From: Macrostomum lignano
Lineage: Eukaryota
Assembly: GCA_002269645.1 (NCBI GenBank)
Contig: NIVC01001312.1
Coordinates: 1-64,000, forward strand
DNA: 64,000 nucleotides
Direction: 5' to 3'
Shown: positions 1 to 12,000 of the stretch, one piece after another
How the letters are laid out: the number at the start of each line of letters is the position of its first letter
Position numbering within the stretch: position 1 is the stretch's first letter
Position numbers and translations under genes: made by a program
The notes under the pieces: generated by a model
The model's database searches: none
Told to the model about the DNA's origin: nothing
The model's input: only the letters and a program-made list of their open reading frames with translations

Positions 1-3000
1 GCCAGCCTCCTCTTCATCTTCGTCATCCTCGGCTCTAGTTTCGTAGCCGTACTCGTCGAAGTCGGTGTCTCCGCCGTTGTCATATTCTCCAGTTTTCTGC
101 CTGGGCTGGCGCGGTCTCGGAGCTGGCAATCTACGTCCGCGTTCAATGGCGTCAGCAGGACTTCTCCGTCGCTTACTCTGCCAAGATCTTCGCTAGAGAT
201 GGCCACGCTTGTGGGTGGAAGTCGGCGGTAAAAAGCCAAAGTTCGGCAGGCCAACCGGCGCCACTTGCGGCAGGCGACGCTGCGCGGTACCGGCGTCGGC
301 GGCTCCGACCCGGGCGAGAGGTACGATGCCGTGACCGGAGCTCGCAGTAGGACGGGTCCGCGTCGAGAGGGCGGCAGCGGCTGCCTCTTGTGGCCAGGCC
401 GCATCAGTGCTGCCTCTGGCTCTCCTGGTTCAATGTTTTTGGAGTTCATTGAACTATTAAATAACCGTTTCTTTACACACTATAATTTAAATAAAAAGGT
501 AAGGTCATACCTGCATTGCAGTTCCCTCTGAATCGACTGTCACTACCGATGTCGTTTGCCGCAGTTGCCGCTGTCGGTGTCTGCAGAGACGGCGGCGCCG
601 ACGGTCTGTACGCCTGCGGCACGTACTGGAAAAAGTTGGTGCAGTCCTCGTCAATGTCGCTCACCAGAACGTCGCTGATCTCGCCATCGTCGCTCTGCAG
701 GCCGCGAAGTGCATCCAGGTCTGTGTCGCAGCCGCCATCGCGACCGCCGCGACCGCTGACTCCTCCATCTGTGTTGTCATCCTCGTCACCGCTGGTCAGA
801 CACCCACCAATGGAGTCGGAGACCAGTGAAAGCAGCGAGTCGCCAACAGCCGCACCGCCAGACGCTACTCCGCCGATGCCACTACTTGAAGTCGTCGGTG
901 GAGCTACTGGCGCCAGTCGAACGCTCCGCTGCGTTCCTTGGCCAATCGAAACAGTACTGGAGGCACAGTAGAGCCGCTGCATGTGTTCGTCGTTTCCAGC
1001 CAGTATTGGCGGCTGCGTTTGAACGCTGCGAGGGTTCTGCGCTGGTTGATGTCGCGGACGCTGTAGAGATCGGTGCCTCAATTGGTGGAAGCGACAAAGT
1101 GGCCCCAGCCGTGTCTGATGGCGGTGAAGTCTTCAAGCCTCCAGCGCCGCAACGGCTTCCTCCAGAGGAGTCACTCAGCCGACTGGCTGGCGACAAGATC
1201 GGAGGACTCGGGCGCGTATACTCGGGAAGTCTAGGTGACGGGCACTGGGCGTGCTGCGCTGGCTACCTTCGGCTGATGGGCTTGCTGAGGTGCGAGACTT
1301 TCCAGAAGCGCGAGCTGCGGCTACTGGCGGAGGAGGCCGGTATTGGTGCTGAGGCTGAGACTGGTGATGTCCACTGGTGTCGGAGTTCGATCGTGTCATG
1401 CTTGTGCTATGACCGTGACTGCCACGTGGAGGTCGCGGCGGAGGCGGCACGGGAGCCGATGACTTCACAGCCGCCATCTCCATGAAGATGTTTGCGCTAC
1501 TCTCAGCCATAGAATCGTACTCAGTGTCAGTGTACAGCGGGTTTCTGTGGCTCACCGGCCCCGGCATCTCAGCAGAGGCGGTAGCGGTAGCCGAAGCGCT
1601 GACTGCAGCGGCGTTGTCCGTAGCCTCGGTTGCTACTTCATCTTCGTCAGAGGTGACAATCTGATCGAGCGTGTCACCCGGCGGATGCCTAGCCGCCGAC
1701 TGAAAGGCGGCACTCTCGTGCATGAGGAAACTGCTCAGGGATGACCTACTGGCAACGGTGTCGCTAATTCTTCGAGGCCTCTGCGGCTTCTGCTGGTGAG
1801 GCTGCGGTTGAATCTGAGGCTGAAGTTGAGGTGGCCGGAGGCGGCGGTGGCAGAGTCGGCGTCTGCGTTTCAGCAGCGACCACGCTCCGTGTGTGCGTCT
1901 CGGGTATCGGCTTGAGGCCGGAACCGCTGCCGCAATGGGCAGAGTAAATGTTATTGGAGACTCCGGCCTGTAGCCCACCGAGAAAGCTTCTTGTGGCGAC
2001 TCTAGCGGCTATTTTGTCCGGCGGCTCGGTTGATGATGGTGTTGCTGACTGCCTTGATGCTGACGGAAGCCCGTGGAATTTACAGTCACTTGAGAATTTC
2101 GGCCTAGAGGACGTGGCCGGTCGGCCCTCGCGCAGCACCATGGCGCGAACTCGCAAGCCGTCAACGTTGTGCGACGAATGCTCGGTAAAGTCGAACTGCT
2201 GCTGAGCACCCGGTGCACACGTTCGGACACTAGGATCTGTCCGGGGCGGCCGCTGAGGCCAGCACTTTCGAAATAGATGCTGCCTGGCCCCAGATGTCGA
2301 AAACTGGCCTGGAGCCGCCGACCACGCCGCAGAATCCGGGTCCGAGGTCGATGCCAACCCGCATACGGATGCGGTCCTCGTACAGTGTGGCGTTGAGTTC
2401 AGCCACCCTGCGGCGCATCAGCTGGGCCAGCTGGACCAGACCGGTGAGGTGGAACAGCTTGCTGGCCGGGTTGTCCTGCAGTTGCGGATTCATGCCAACA
2501 GCTACTACATAGTTTTCCCCAACTGTGCGCACTTTGACGAGCTCCTGGTGTCGGTCGGCACGTTGAATTAGCTCGTCCAGCTCGCAGATGACGTCATTGA
2601 GCACCCGGATGCTCTCCTGGACAAGCAGGGGAGCCTCAGTGCCAGGAGCTGGCTGCCAATCCGGTAGATTAGCCCACAGGATGCCCAGCAGCTGGTACTC
2701 TTGGGCGTACAGATCCTGTGTTGGCGAGAGACGTTAGGGGAGGGCATCAAAAGAGCACACAAAGGCGCACGGATATGCAGGCAAAAATCCACAGGATGTA
2801 CAGACGGCCCTGACTTTCTTATTGGCAGGCATTTCTCACTCTGTGACCTGGGGCTTTGGCCCTCATGGGCGATTTTTCGTGCCAAACGTCAGGTAAATTT
2901 TTTCACGAGCCTCAAATTTGTGTGGCCCAGGTACTTTGGTGCCTGGAGTCAAACGCCTTAACCCCTGAGCTTCTCTGTCAGTAAAAACGGTTTTCTAGCT

Positions 3001-6000
3001 TTTTGCTAAATTCCTACGCACTCCACATCCCTCTGGCTCCCTGCTGCACAGGTCGAAACTCGAAGGCTTTCCCGGCTTCAGCCCAGCATACTCCCAACTG
3101 GGGAACCGAAGTTATGACTGCTACCGAAACCGCGCGCGTCAAACTCCCAAACCCCCCAGCCATAGTGAAGTTTTCTCCTCTCCAGCTAGCTCTGATGACT
3201 CACCCAAGCTCGAATGCGGGCACGCGAGGCACGCGCAGATATGCATATATTGATGAGGAATCGGGCAAGTTTTTCCTATAGTTCCGCGTCGCTTTTTTCG
3301 GCTTCATTCCCTGCGCAACAACCGGCAAACCCCCACCGGCACTAGGTGGCAGGGGCAGGCTTTGGCTTTGGCATGCCCCATCCATCAAGGCATTCGGTAA
3401 GGTTTGCTGGGCCAGAGTGGATGAGGGGAGGGCATTTCGGGCCTCTAGTGCGACGCTTCGTCGTTGCGCGTCGGAGTTATGCTTATAATAATGCGTGGCC
3501 TGGCAACTGACCTCGAGTCTGTGCAACCCTCTCTATCTGTGTCTCTTATTCTATCAATATACATTACATGCCAAGTTCCCTATGTAAATATGAATAAGCT
3601 GTCTATGAATAAATTTGTCAGAAAAAATCGAACTCCTATTCTTCTGGTGAATTGCACACGACGTTACACTCGAATAGGATATTTCTGTCATTGCTGAAGT
3701 TGGGAGCTATTAGCTGATTTTAATAGATTAGATTAATTAAATAAGTGAAACCCGCTACCAGCTGTTCACCATCCTCACCACAGGATTTCGATAAGTCGTA
3801 TCCGTGAAATGCAGCGCAACGTGCTGCGGCAGCAGATTTTTCAGCAAACAGCAACTGGCCTCCTTGACCAGGAACATGTCGTGCTGGTTCTCGGCGGACT
3901 GAAAAAGTATTTGTTAAAAATGAAAGAGAATGATTCGATTTGGGCTGTACGAGGGTTGTAAGTCTGCTAAGTAGAAACGTTGATTTTTCTATTAAAAAGA
4001 AAATCTTTGCAAAATCCTCAATTAAAACACAACAGAATTGTGTTTTGAATTTTGAATTTACCACAGGAGAAGCAAATATGTGATTCATTTGCTATTCAGG
4101 ATCGGTAAACTCCGGCCCGCAAAGCCTTTCTATCCGGCCCTCGGGTCCTTTGAAACTTCACAATGGCAATCCGGCCCGCTCAGGGTTTGTGTCGCTTCTC
4201 AGCTCCCTACTCTCTAATCTCCTCCCTCTCCTCTCCTATTCCATCTTCTAATAGGTAATAGGCAGATGTGCAACCGACAGCTCGAGCCCGAGTAAATCTG
4301 AAGGTTGCGTACGGCTGTTCAGTCCAAAGACCCCCTAGAATTACTCCAGCTAATGCTGGCACCCATTTTACAGCTGGGTGAACTGAAGCAATGTAGAGTT
4401 AAGTGCCTTGCTCAAGAAGTCAAGGACAATAGATTGTTACAAGTGGGTCGAGAATGAAACCCCGGACCTTTCAGTCTCAATTCCGTCGCTCTAGCCACTA
4501 GGCTAAAACTCTAGGCTATAATGGAAGCTCACCTGCGACTTCCACTGGAACTCCTGTCGCTGGGCGAACTCGTGAAACCGAGAGTGCACGAAGATCAAGA
4601 TGGAGAAAGCGGTCAGGCAGACGAGGCCCCAGACAAAGGTTGGCACAGGGCCAGCTGACATGTCGTGAGCGGAGGCGGCCAGACCGGACAGACTCGCCAG
4701 CCCTCTGACATCGGAGTCAACCAGCGAGAACAGCGGACGATGCGTGACAGCTACAGTCAGGCCGAAGGTGGTGGACACGGCCACGAGCAGGAACAACTTG
4801 ATGAAGGAGGGCAGCGATGCGAACACAGCCACCAAGATCAGGCAGAGGGTGCCAGACAGGTAAATGAAGTCCGGAAGCGGGCACTGCAGCTCCAGTGAGT
4901 TGTCCGAGTCCTGCAGAATCGGTCCGTACGTGGTCCTGTTGCCCACTGTCGAACGGCAGCAGAACTGAAAACCGATGCCAAATAATCAATAAATTCGGTT
5001 GACAATCCTAAAACCAGCTCCAGCCCAAGCCCGACAGCACTAAACGCCAGCTCAGCTCACCACATTGGCCTGCGATACGGCGTACACAAACAGAACCGAA
5101 GTAATGATGACAACCACTCGTATGACGAATGAGCTCTGAATGTTGAATTCCAGGCACTGTCGATTGGAAATTGGTTGTTTTCACAATTACTGCATTGTGT
5201 ACAGTGAATGTAGATTCTTTCACGCGTGACTTAATAATCACCAATGAAATTGTTCAATTAATCTCTGAATAGTTGATGGGGCGCATAAATATCTACAAGG
5301 TAATAGATTAAAGTAACTGCCATTCAATATCTCATAGCCCAGTGGTCCAACTCGGCGCTCTGATGTGCCAGCGGCCCAGGCTCGATTTCAAGTGCAGTCA
5401 CATTAATTTGGGGCTGAATTGGAATCTCGGCTTGGCTCTGCTCGTGCAATTAACACCTTTGAAGGCCAACCCTAAAGACAGTGAAGTGTACATGCCTAAC
5501 AATAAATAAAGTTAGGGCCGCTGTACACTCCTGTGTGAGTGTGTGCCTGTGCGTATGACTGCGTACGCATCCGCGCGCTTGTGTGACATAACAAGCCATC
5601 CGTTCAAGGCCTTCAAATCTGGGACAAGATAGGTTCATTGGAGTCCAACTCAAACTTGATTTGAATTTGCTCACCTTAAGCCTGGCAGCCAGCAACACCA
5701 TGAGCATCATGCCAATCCAGGTGAACGCAATCATGAATAGCAGCAATAGCAGCATGGTTCTAAAATGGGGAAGGGTTCATTAATAATTAATTAAAACAGC
5801 TTTTGACAGCATCTCTACATTTGAATCGGTAAGTTGGAATTTTCTCCGCGAAGAGCTCACCTGGGCAGCACTGAAGCCTGAAGGCTGGCGCTAATTAGCA
5901 AAATGAATAGGGCCGCTAGCATTGCCGCTCCGAATGTGTGATCCTCCTGTCTGTGGTACTGGAATTCAAACGATTATTTTATTCGGTTGTTACGCAGTAG

Positions 6001-9000
6001 CTGTGGGGTTGCTAAGCGGTTGCTATACTATTTTAAAGCAATGTAGAGACTAGGTTGTATCTATCTGATTGATTACTGTTTAGTTACAATGCGGTTGGTA
6101 CGCAGTTGCTATGCGGTTGCCATACGGTTGCTATGCGGTTGCTATGCGGTTGCGATGCGGTTGCGATCCGTTTGCGATGCGGTTGCTATGCTGTTGCTTT
6201 GAGGTTGCTGAGATAGCTGTTTCTATCTCATTACTGTTCACGAGTTACGTAGTTACTATGCGGTTGGTACACGGTTGCTATGCGGTTGTTATGCTGATTG
6301 CTTTTTCATTACGTTTCTCGCTTGCTGTACAGTTGCTACACGGTTGCTACGCCGATGCTTTGTGATTGCTATGCGGTCGCTGTGCGGTTGCTATGCTATT
6401 TCTACGCAGTTGCTATGCGATTTGCTAAGCTGTTGTCAAGACTGAATTTCGAATTCTCAAACAAAAGCTATAATCAGACTTTCGGTTCGAGTTCAACTTA
6501 AGCACTCCCGCTCACCTCATTCTCTTTAGCCTGAGTTGAGAACTTCAGCGTCACCGGGTTCATGCTGGTTCGGCAGCGCCTCAGCACGGTTGTTGAGGCG
6601 CCGCTAGCAGCTACTTGACCACCGCAGCCTGAAGAGGTCGACGAAGTCTTGACGCTGCCCAGGCGGGTAAGTTCGGTGCCTTTGAACGAAGCCGCGTGCC
6701 CGTTCCCAATGAGAGGACTGGAGCTGCCACCGGAACTCCTGCTGCGAGGGTGGGTTCGAATATGTACTTTTACAATTTGTTTGAATACATTTTCCACGAG
6801 TTGTTAGGATTCTTACATTTTTCCTGAGGGCTGGCACTTCAGAAGTTCCTCGGTCAGCTTCTGAAAGATTTGTTAACATTTAAACTTGTGAAAGCATAGT
6901 TTTTACACAAATTCATAGATAGAGGCCAGCAGATCGAATTTAAGATGAGTGAGGTCCACTGACCTCCCCTATAGATAATTATATTGGGGTCAACTGACCT
7001 TCGCAATAGTTAACTAAATTGAAAGTGAAGTGACCTCTCCTTTAGGTTATTATCTTGGGGTTCAAATGACCCCCCCTATAGATTATTAGATTGGGGTCAA
7101 CTGACCTCCTTTTAGAAAATTCGATTAGGGGGGTCAACTGACCTCCCCTATAGATTATTAGATTGGGGGTCAATAATTAGATTGACCTACCCCATAGATT
7201 TTTAGGTTCGGTGTCAACTGACCTCCCCTAAAAATGGAGTCAGCTAAACTTCGCAATGGAAGTTCGATTAGAGGGTTGGTCAACTGACCACTCTATTGAC
7301 GATTTTCCCTGAAAATTCCCTGAAAATTCCCTGACCAGCTGTCAGAGTAGTCAATCAGCTGATTACTCAGCTTTGCTAAAAAAACTTGATCAAGTGCTTG
7401 CAGCCCGGTAATTACCATTCGCTGAGCCTGGTTGACTTTGGTCTCGCCAATGTACTGGAACGGCGATTCGCACTGGTGATTGGCAAACTGGCTCAACCGT
7501 CTGAGTCCTTCGGTCCGCTCCCCGTCGTCCAGATGATGCTGCTGTCTCGAGCTGCTCTTGGATGACTGCAATAGAAGAATACATTGTAGGAAGAAATTTT
7601 AGCTCCAGTAGTTTCCCCGAAGGTTGCTATGCGGTTGCTATGTGGTTGCTATGCCGTTGTTTTGCGGTTGTATGTTGTTACTATCCGATCACTCTGCGGT
7701 TACTATGCGGTTTCTATGCGGTTGCTATGCGGTTGCTATGCCGTTTTTTGCGGTTGCTATGTTGTTACTATCCGATCACTCTGCGGTTACTATGCGGTTT
7801 CTATGCGGTTGCTATGCGGTTGCTATGCCGTTTTTTGCGGTTGCTATGTGGTTGCTATGCCGTTGTTTTGCGGTTGTATGTTGTTACTATCCGATCACTC
7901 TGCGGTTACTATGCGGTTTCTATGCGGTTTCAATGCGGTTACTATGCGGTTGTTATGTTGTTGTTCTGCTCTTGCTGGCATTGCTATGCGGTCGCTGTGG
8001 TTGCTATATGGTTGCTATGCTATTTCTTGACTTTATAGTGTAAATCGACTCATTATACCTAGTTAAGGGCCGTTACAATCTCGCCGAACTTAAAAAAACT
8101 CAGTGGGCAACCCTTCATCTTCTCTCTGCTCCAACTCACGGACATGAGCTGCCGCGGCCGAACAATCACGGTCTCCAGTTTAGTTCGAACTCCGCCGTTC
8201 GCGCCCGGCCGATCCAGCAGGGGCCCGGGTTCGACTCTCAGGTCGGCGTCCGCCAGCTCCAGGTAGGTCGACTTAGACAGAAGAATGCGCCTGGTAGAGG
8301 AGAGTCTGACTGGTGAGGCTTGCGCTTCGAACTCTCACCCTTGCAATGAATTTAAGAATCTTACCTTTGATTCTGGATCAAGGGCTTTCAAAATCTAACC
8401 TCTGACCAAAATTGAAAAACAGAGAAGTTTCGAGATCTCACGCCTGAGATAACCTTGGGTGTCTCTCACTCTGAGATTAATTTAGGAATCTCATCCTGAG
8501 ATAAACTTAGAAATCTTACCCTTGAGATAAACGTAGAAATCTCACCCTGAGAAGAATTTAGAAATCTCAACCTTGAGATAAAATTAGAAATCTCACCCTG
8601 AGAAGAATTTAGAAGTCTCACTCTTGAAATAAAATTAAAAATCCTACCCTGAGATAAACTTAGAAATCTCATCCTTGAGATTAACTTAAAAATCTCATCC
8701 TTGAGATAAACTTAGAAATCTCACCCCGAGAAGAATTTAGAAATCTCACCCTTGAGATAAAATTAGAAATCTTACCCTGAGAAGAATTTAGAAATCTCAC
8801 CCTTGAGATAAACCTTGAAATCTCACCCTTGAGATAAACTTAGAAATCTCACCCTTGAGATAAACTTAGAAATCTCACCCTTGAGATAAACCTAGAAATC
8901 TCACTCTTGAGATAAACTTTGAAATCTCACCCTGAGAAGAATTTAGAAACCTTACCCTTGAGATAAATAGATCACATCTTCGATGAATTCAGAAATCTCA

Positions 9001-12000
9001 CCCCTGAGATTAATTGAGAAGTCTCACCTTTGAGATAAACTTAGAAATCTCACCCTGAGAAGAATTTAGAAATCTCGCCCTTGAGATGAATTTGCTATTC
9101 TCACCCTGAGATAAATCTAGAACTATCACTGAGGAATATCTAAATTCCACTTTCTAAACTTAATTCAATTCGCCCAGCTGTAGACTGTATGACAGCTCAC
9201 CCAGGCGGGCAGGCTTGCAGGAGGCGCCTGGCTATGACCACTTGCTCGCCCATGACGTCATAGGTGAGCCGGCATTTGCCCAGCAGGGCGGCGTAAGCTA
9301 CGCCCGAGTTGATGCCCACTCTGGCCTCCAGGGGCAGCTGTGAGCACTCGGAGAGATTCCTGCAAAATTGGGGGGGGGCGGAGTCGAACCATGGATCAAG
9401 GCTCAAGAGTCACCTGGGAGGTAAGTTGCGAATGCACTAAAGATTCGGCCTGTTTTACACAGAATATTCATAAAGCTTGCAGTGATTAAACTGCAGAGCA
9501 AATATCAAGTCCGAAGCCTAGGGATCATCTGATCCCCGTACAAGCTGATGGCTCATATCCTGTATATACAACCCAGACCTGTAATGGATTCCGATTCATT
9601 AACCCCAACCCCGGTCCATGCAGCAGGTGCTTGGAAAAGCCTGAACTACAAGTCTGTAACATCTGCTGTGCAGTCAGTAGGATTAAGCTAAACAGGCCTG
9701 GATTACACAGGATTAATCCTGCCGCAATTAAAACTCGCCCAATATTCGAGACTGACAATCCTCAAGCCTTCCCCTAGAAGCAGATAGCTATTGCCAGCGG
9801 CGGCACTCTGTATACATAGTTGGAAATAGTAACTGTGTCTTATCAAGTATAGCTATATGCCTGAAATAAGTTCCTAGGCTTTCTTTTACAAGCCGAATCA
9901 GTTTTGGGATGGTGAAGGAAAGAAAGAGGCTGAGGGCAATGCGTTGAGTGTGGAGTTTTGGGGTAAAAAATCCATAGTGGAGAGGCTGGGGAGCTGCTTG
10001 TGGCTGTGCTGGTTGCAGCCGTCTTTTGCTTGGAATATCGAACGGTGCGGAACTTGTTGCTTCTCCTTGGTTTGCCCCTGCATTGCTTGCTCTGCTCTTT
10101 TCCCCCTCTCACTCTCATCTCTCCCCTCATCTCTCCCTCTCATCTCTGCCCTCATCTCTGCCCTCATCTCTCCCTCTCATCTCTCCCTCTCATCTCTGCC
10201 CTCATCCTCTCCCTCTCATCTCTCCCTCTCATCTCTCATCTCTCATCTCTCCCCGCATCTCTCATCTCTTCTCTCTTCCTCTCATCTCTCATCTCTTATC
10301 TCTCCCTCTCATCTATCCCTCTCATCTCTGCCCTTATCTCTCCCTCTCATCTCTGCCCTCATCCTCTCCCTCTCATCTCTCCCTCTCATCTCTCATCTCT
10401 CATCTCTTATCTCTCCCTCTCATCTCTCCCTCTCATCTCTGCCCTTATCTCTCCCTCTCATCTCTGCCCTCATTTCTGCCCTCATTTCTGCCCTCATCTC
10501 TCCCCTCATCTCTCCCTCTCATCTCTGCCCTCATCTCTGCCCTCATCTCTCCCCTCATCTCTCCCCTCATCTCTCCCCTCATCTCTCTCCTCATCTCTGC
10601 CCTCATTCTCTCCCCTCATCTCTCTCCTCATCTCTCCCTCATCTCTCCCCTCATCTCTCCCTCTCATCTCTCCCTCTCATCTCTCCCTCTCATCTCTCCC
10701 TCTCATCTCTCATCTCTAATCTCTCCCTCTCATCTCTCCCTCTCATCTCTGCCCTTATCTCTCCCTCTCATCTCTGCCCTCATCTCTCCCCTCATCTCTC
10801 TCCTCATCTCTCCCTCTCATCTCTCCCCTCATCTCTCCCCTCATCTCTCCCCTCATCTCTCCCCTCATCTCTCCCTCTCATCTCTCCCTCTTATCTCTCC
10901 CCTCATCTCTCCCTCTCATTTCCCCCTCTCATTTCTCCCTCTCATCTCTCCTTCCCATCCCTCCTTCTCATCCCTTCCCTAATCTCTCCTTCTCTTTTCT
11001 CCGGCACATCCCTTCCCTAATCTCTCAATCTCATCAATCCCAATGATCTCCTTCTCATCTCTCTCGCGTCTCTCCCTCCCGCAGTAGCTGCCGCCAGCTC
11101 ACCCGATCATTTCCAGCAGAACCTGGCCAAAGCGAACAGCCAGAGTGGCGTGCTCGGCGCACTCGTGCGGGAACCCGATGGCGGCAGTGTACTCGTCGCC
11201 CTGGATTCGAACTCGGAACGCTTGATGCTCCTGCAAATGGATTATCGGGCTGGCTTTGAGTGCTCCTGTGCTCTCTGAGAGATGCTGTGTTGTCTCCCTG
11301 CTTCTCTCCACTCTCCCTCTCTTCATCTCTCCCGCTCTCGCTTCATCTCTCCGCTCTCGCTTCATCTCTCCGCTCTTCCTTAATCTCTCTACTCTCCCTT
11401 CATTCATCTCTTCGCTGTCCCTCCTCAATCTCTGTGCAATTTTGATTTACTTAGACCCAAAAAGTACGGCTAATGATTTCTCAAACTCAGCTAGCATAAT
11501 TGACGCAAATCTTTAGCCATGTTGCATTTGCAAAAACCCATTCTGCACTGGCCAATTCATGCAAAAAACTTTCTATTCAAGTTTCTAAAGAACCTCCCAC
11601 AGCACACAACACCCAGTCAGCCCCTCGGCAATTTGGATGACTCATCGCTGCTGCACTTCAAGCGGTCACTACCGCGCACAGACATACGCAGGCAAATGCC
11701 ATTTGCAATTTCTCTCTAAACCCTTTATTTGCTAAGCTGTCTTCGATATCTGCATACAACTGGCGAGATGAACTGCCGACAACTCTCCGGTTATTAATCC
11801 ATGTTTAGCATCGATTTATTACTGACTGTGACAGCTTCCACTGCCGTCTTTAGCTCTGTTTTCTGGCAAACAGTATTGTATCCTGCAGTGTTTTGTCACT
11901 TACGTAGGCTAATTGGTCCAGCCGACAGAACACCTGATTCATCAGCTTCACCGCGTCTGAGGCTGGGAAGCTGGCCGGGAACTTGGTGAGGCCAGAGATG

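Noticed and set aside
5337-5410. Functional tRNA genes at SINE heads
   Set aside because: Heads continue into shared non-tRNA bodies in multiple diverged copies and lack a complete acceptor stem.
8200-8250. GGGTTCGACTC B-box / tRNA-like signal
   Set aside because: It is the antisense of a cyclase coding exon (8290-8140, LRVEPGPLL); no cloverleaf.
9944-11020. Long ORFs over tandem repeats (also 17839-18819, 26557-27911, 28952-30702, 31293-32165, 55635-56405)
   Set aside because: Translations merely mirror the repeat period in several frames; they lie in introns or intergenic DNA.
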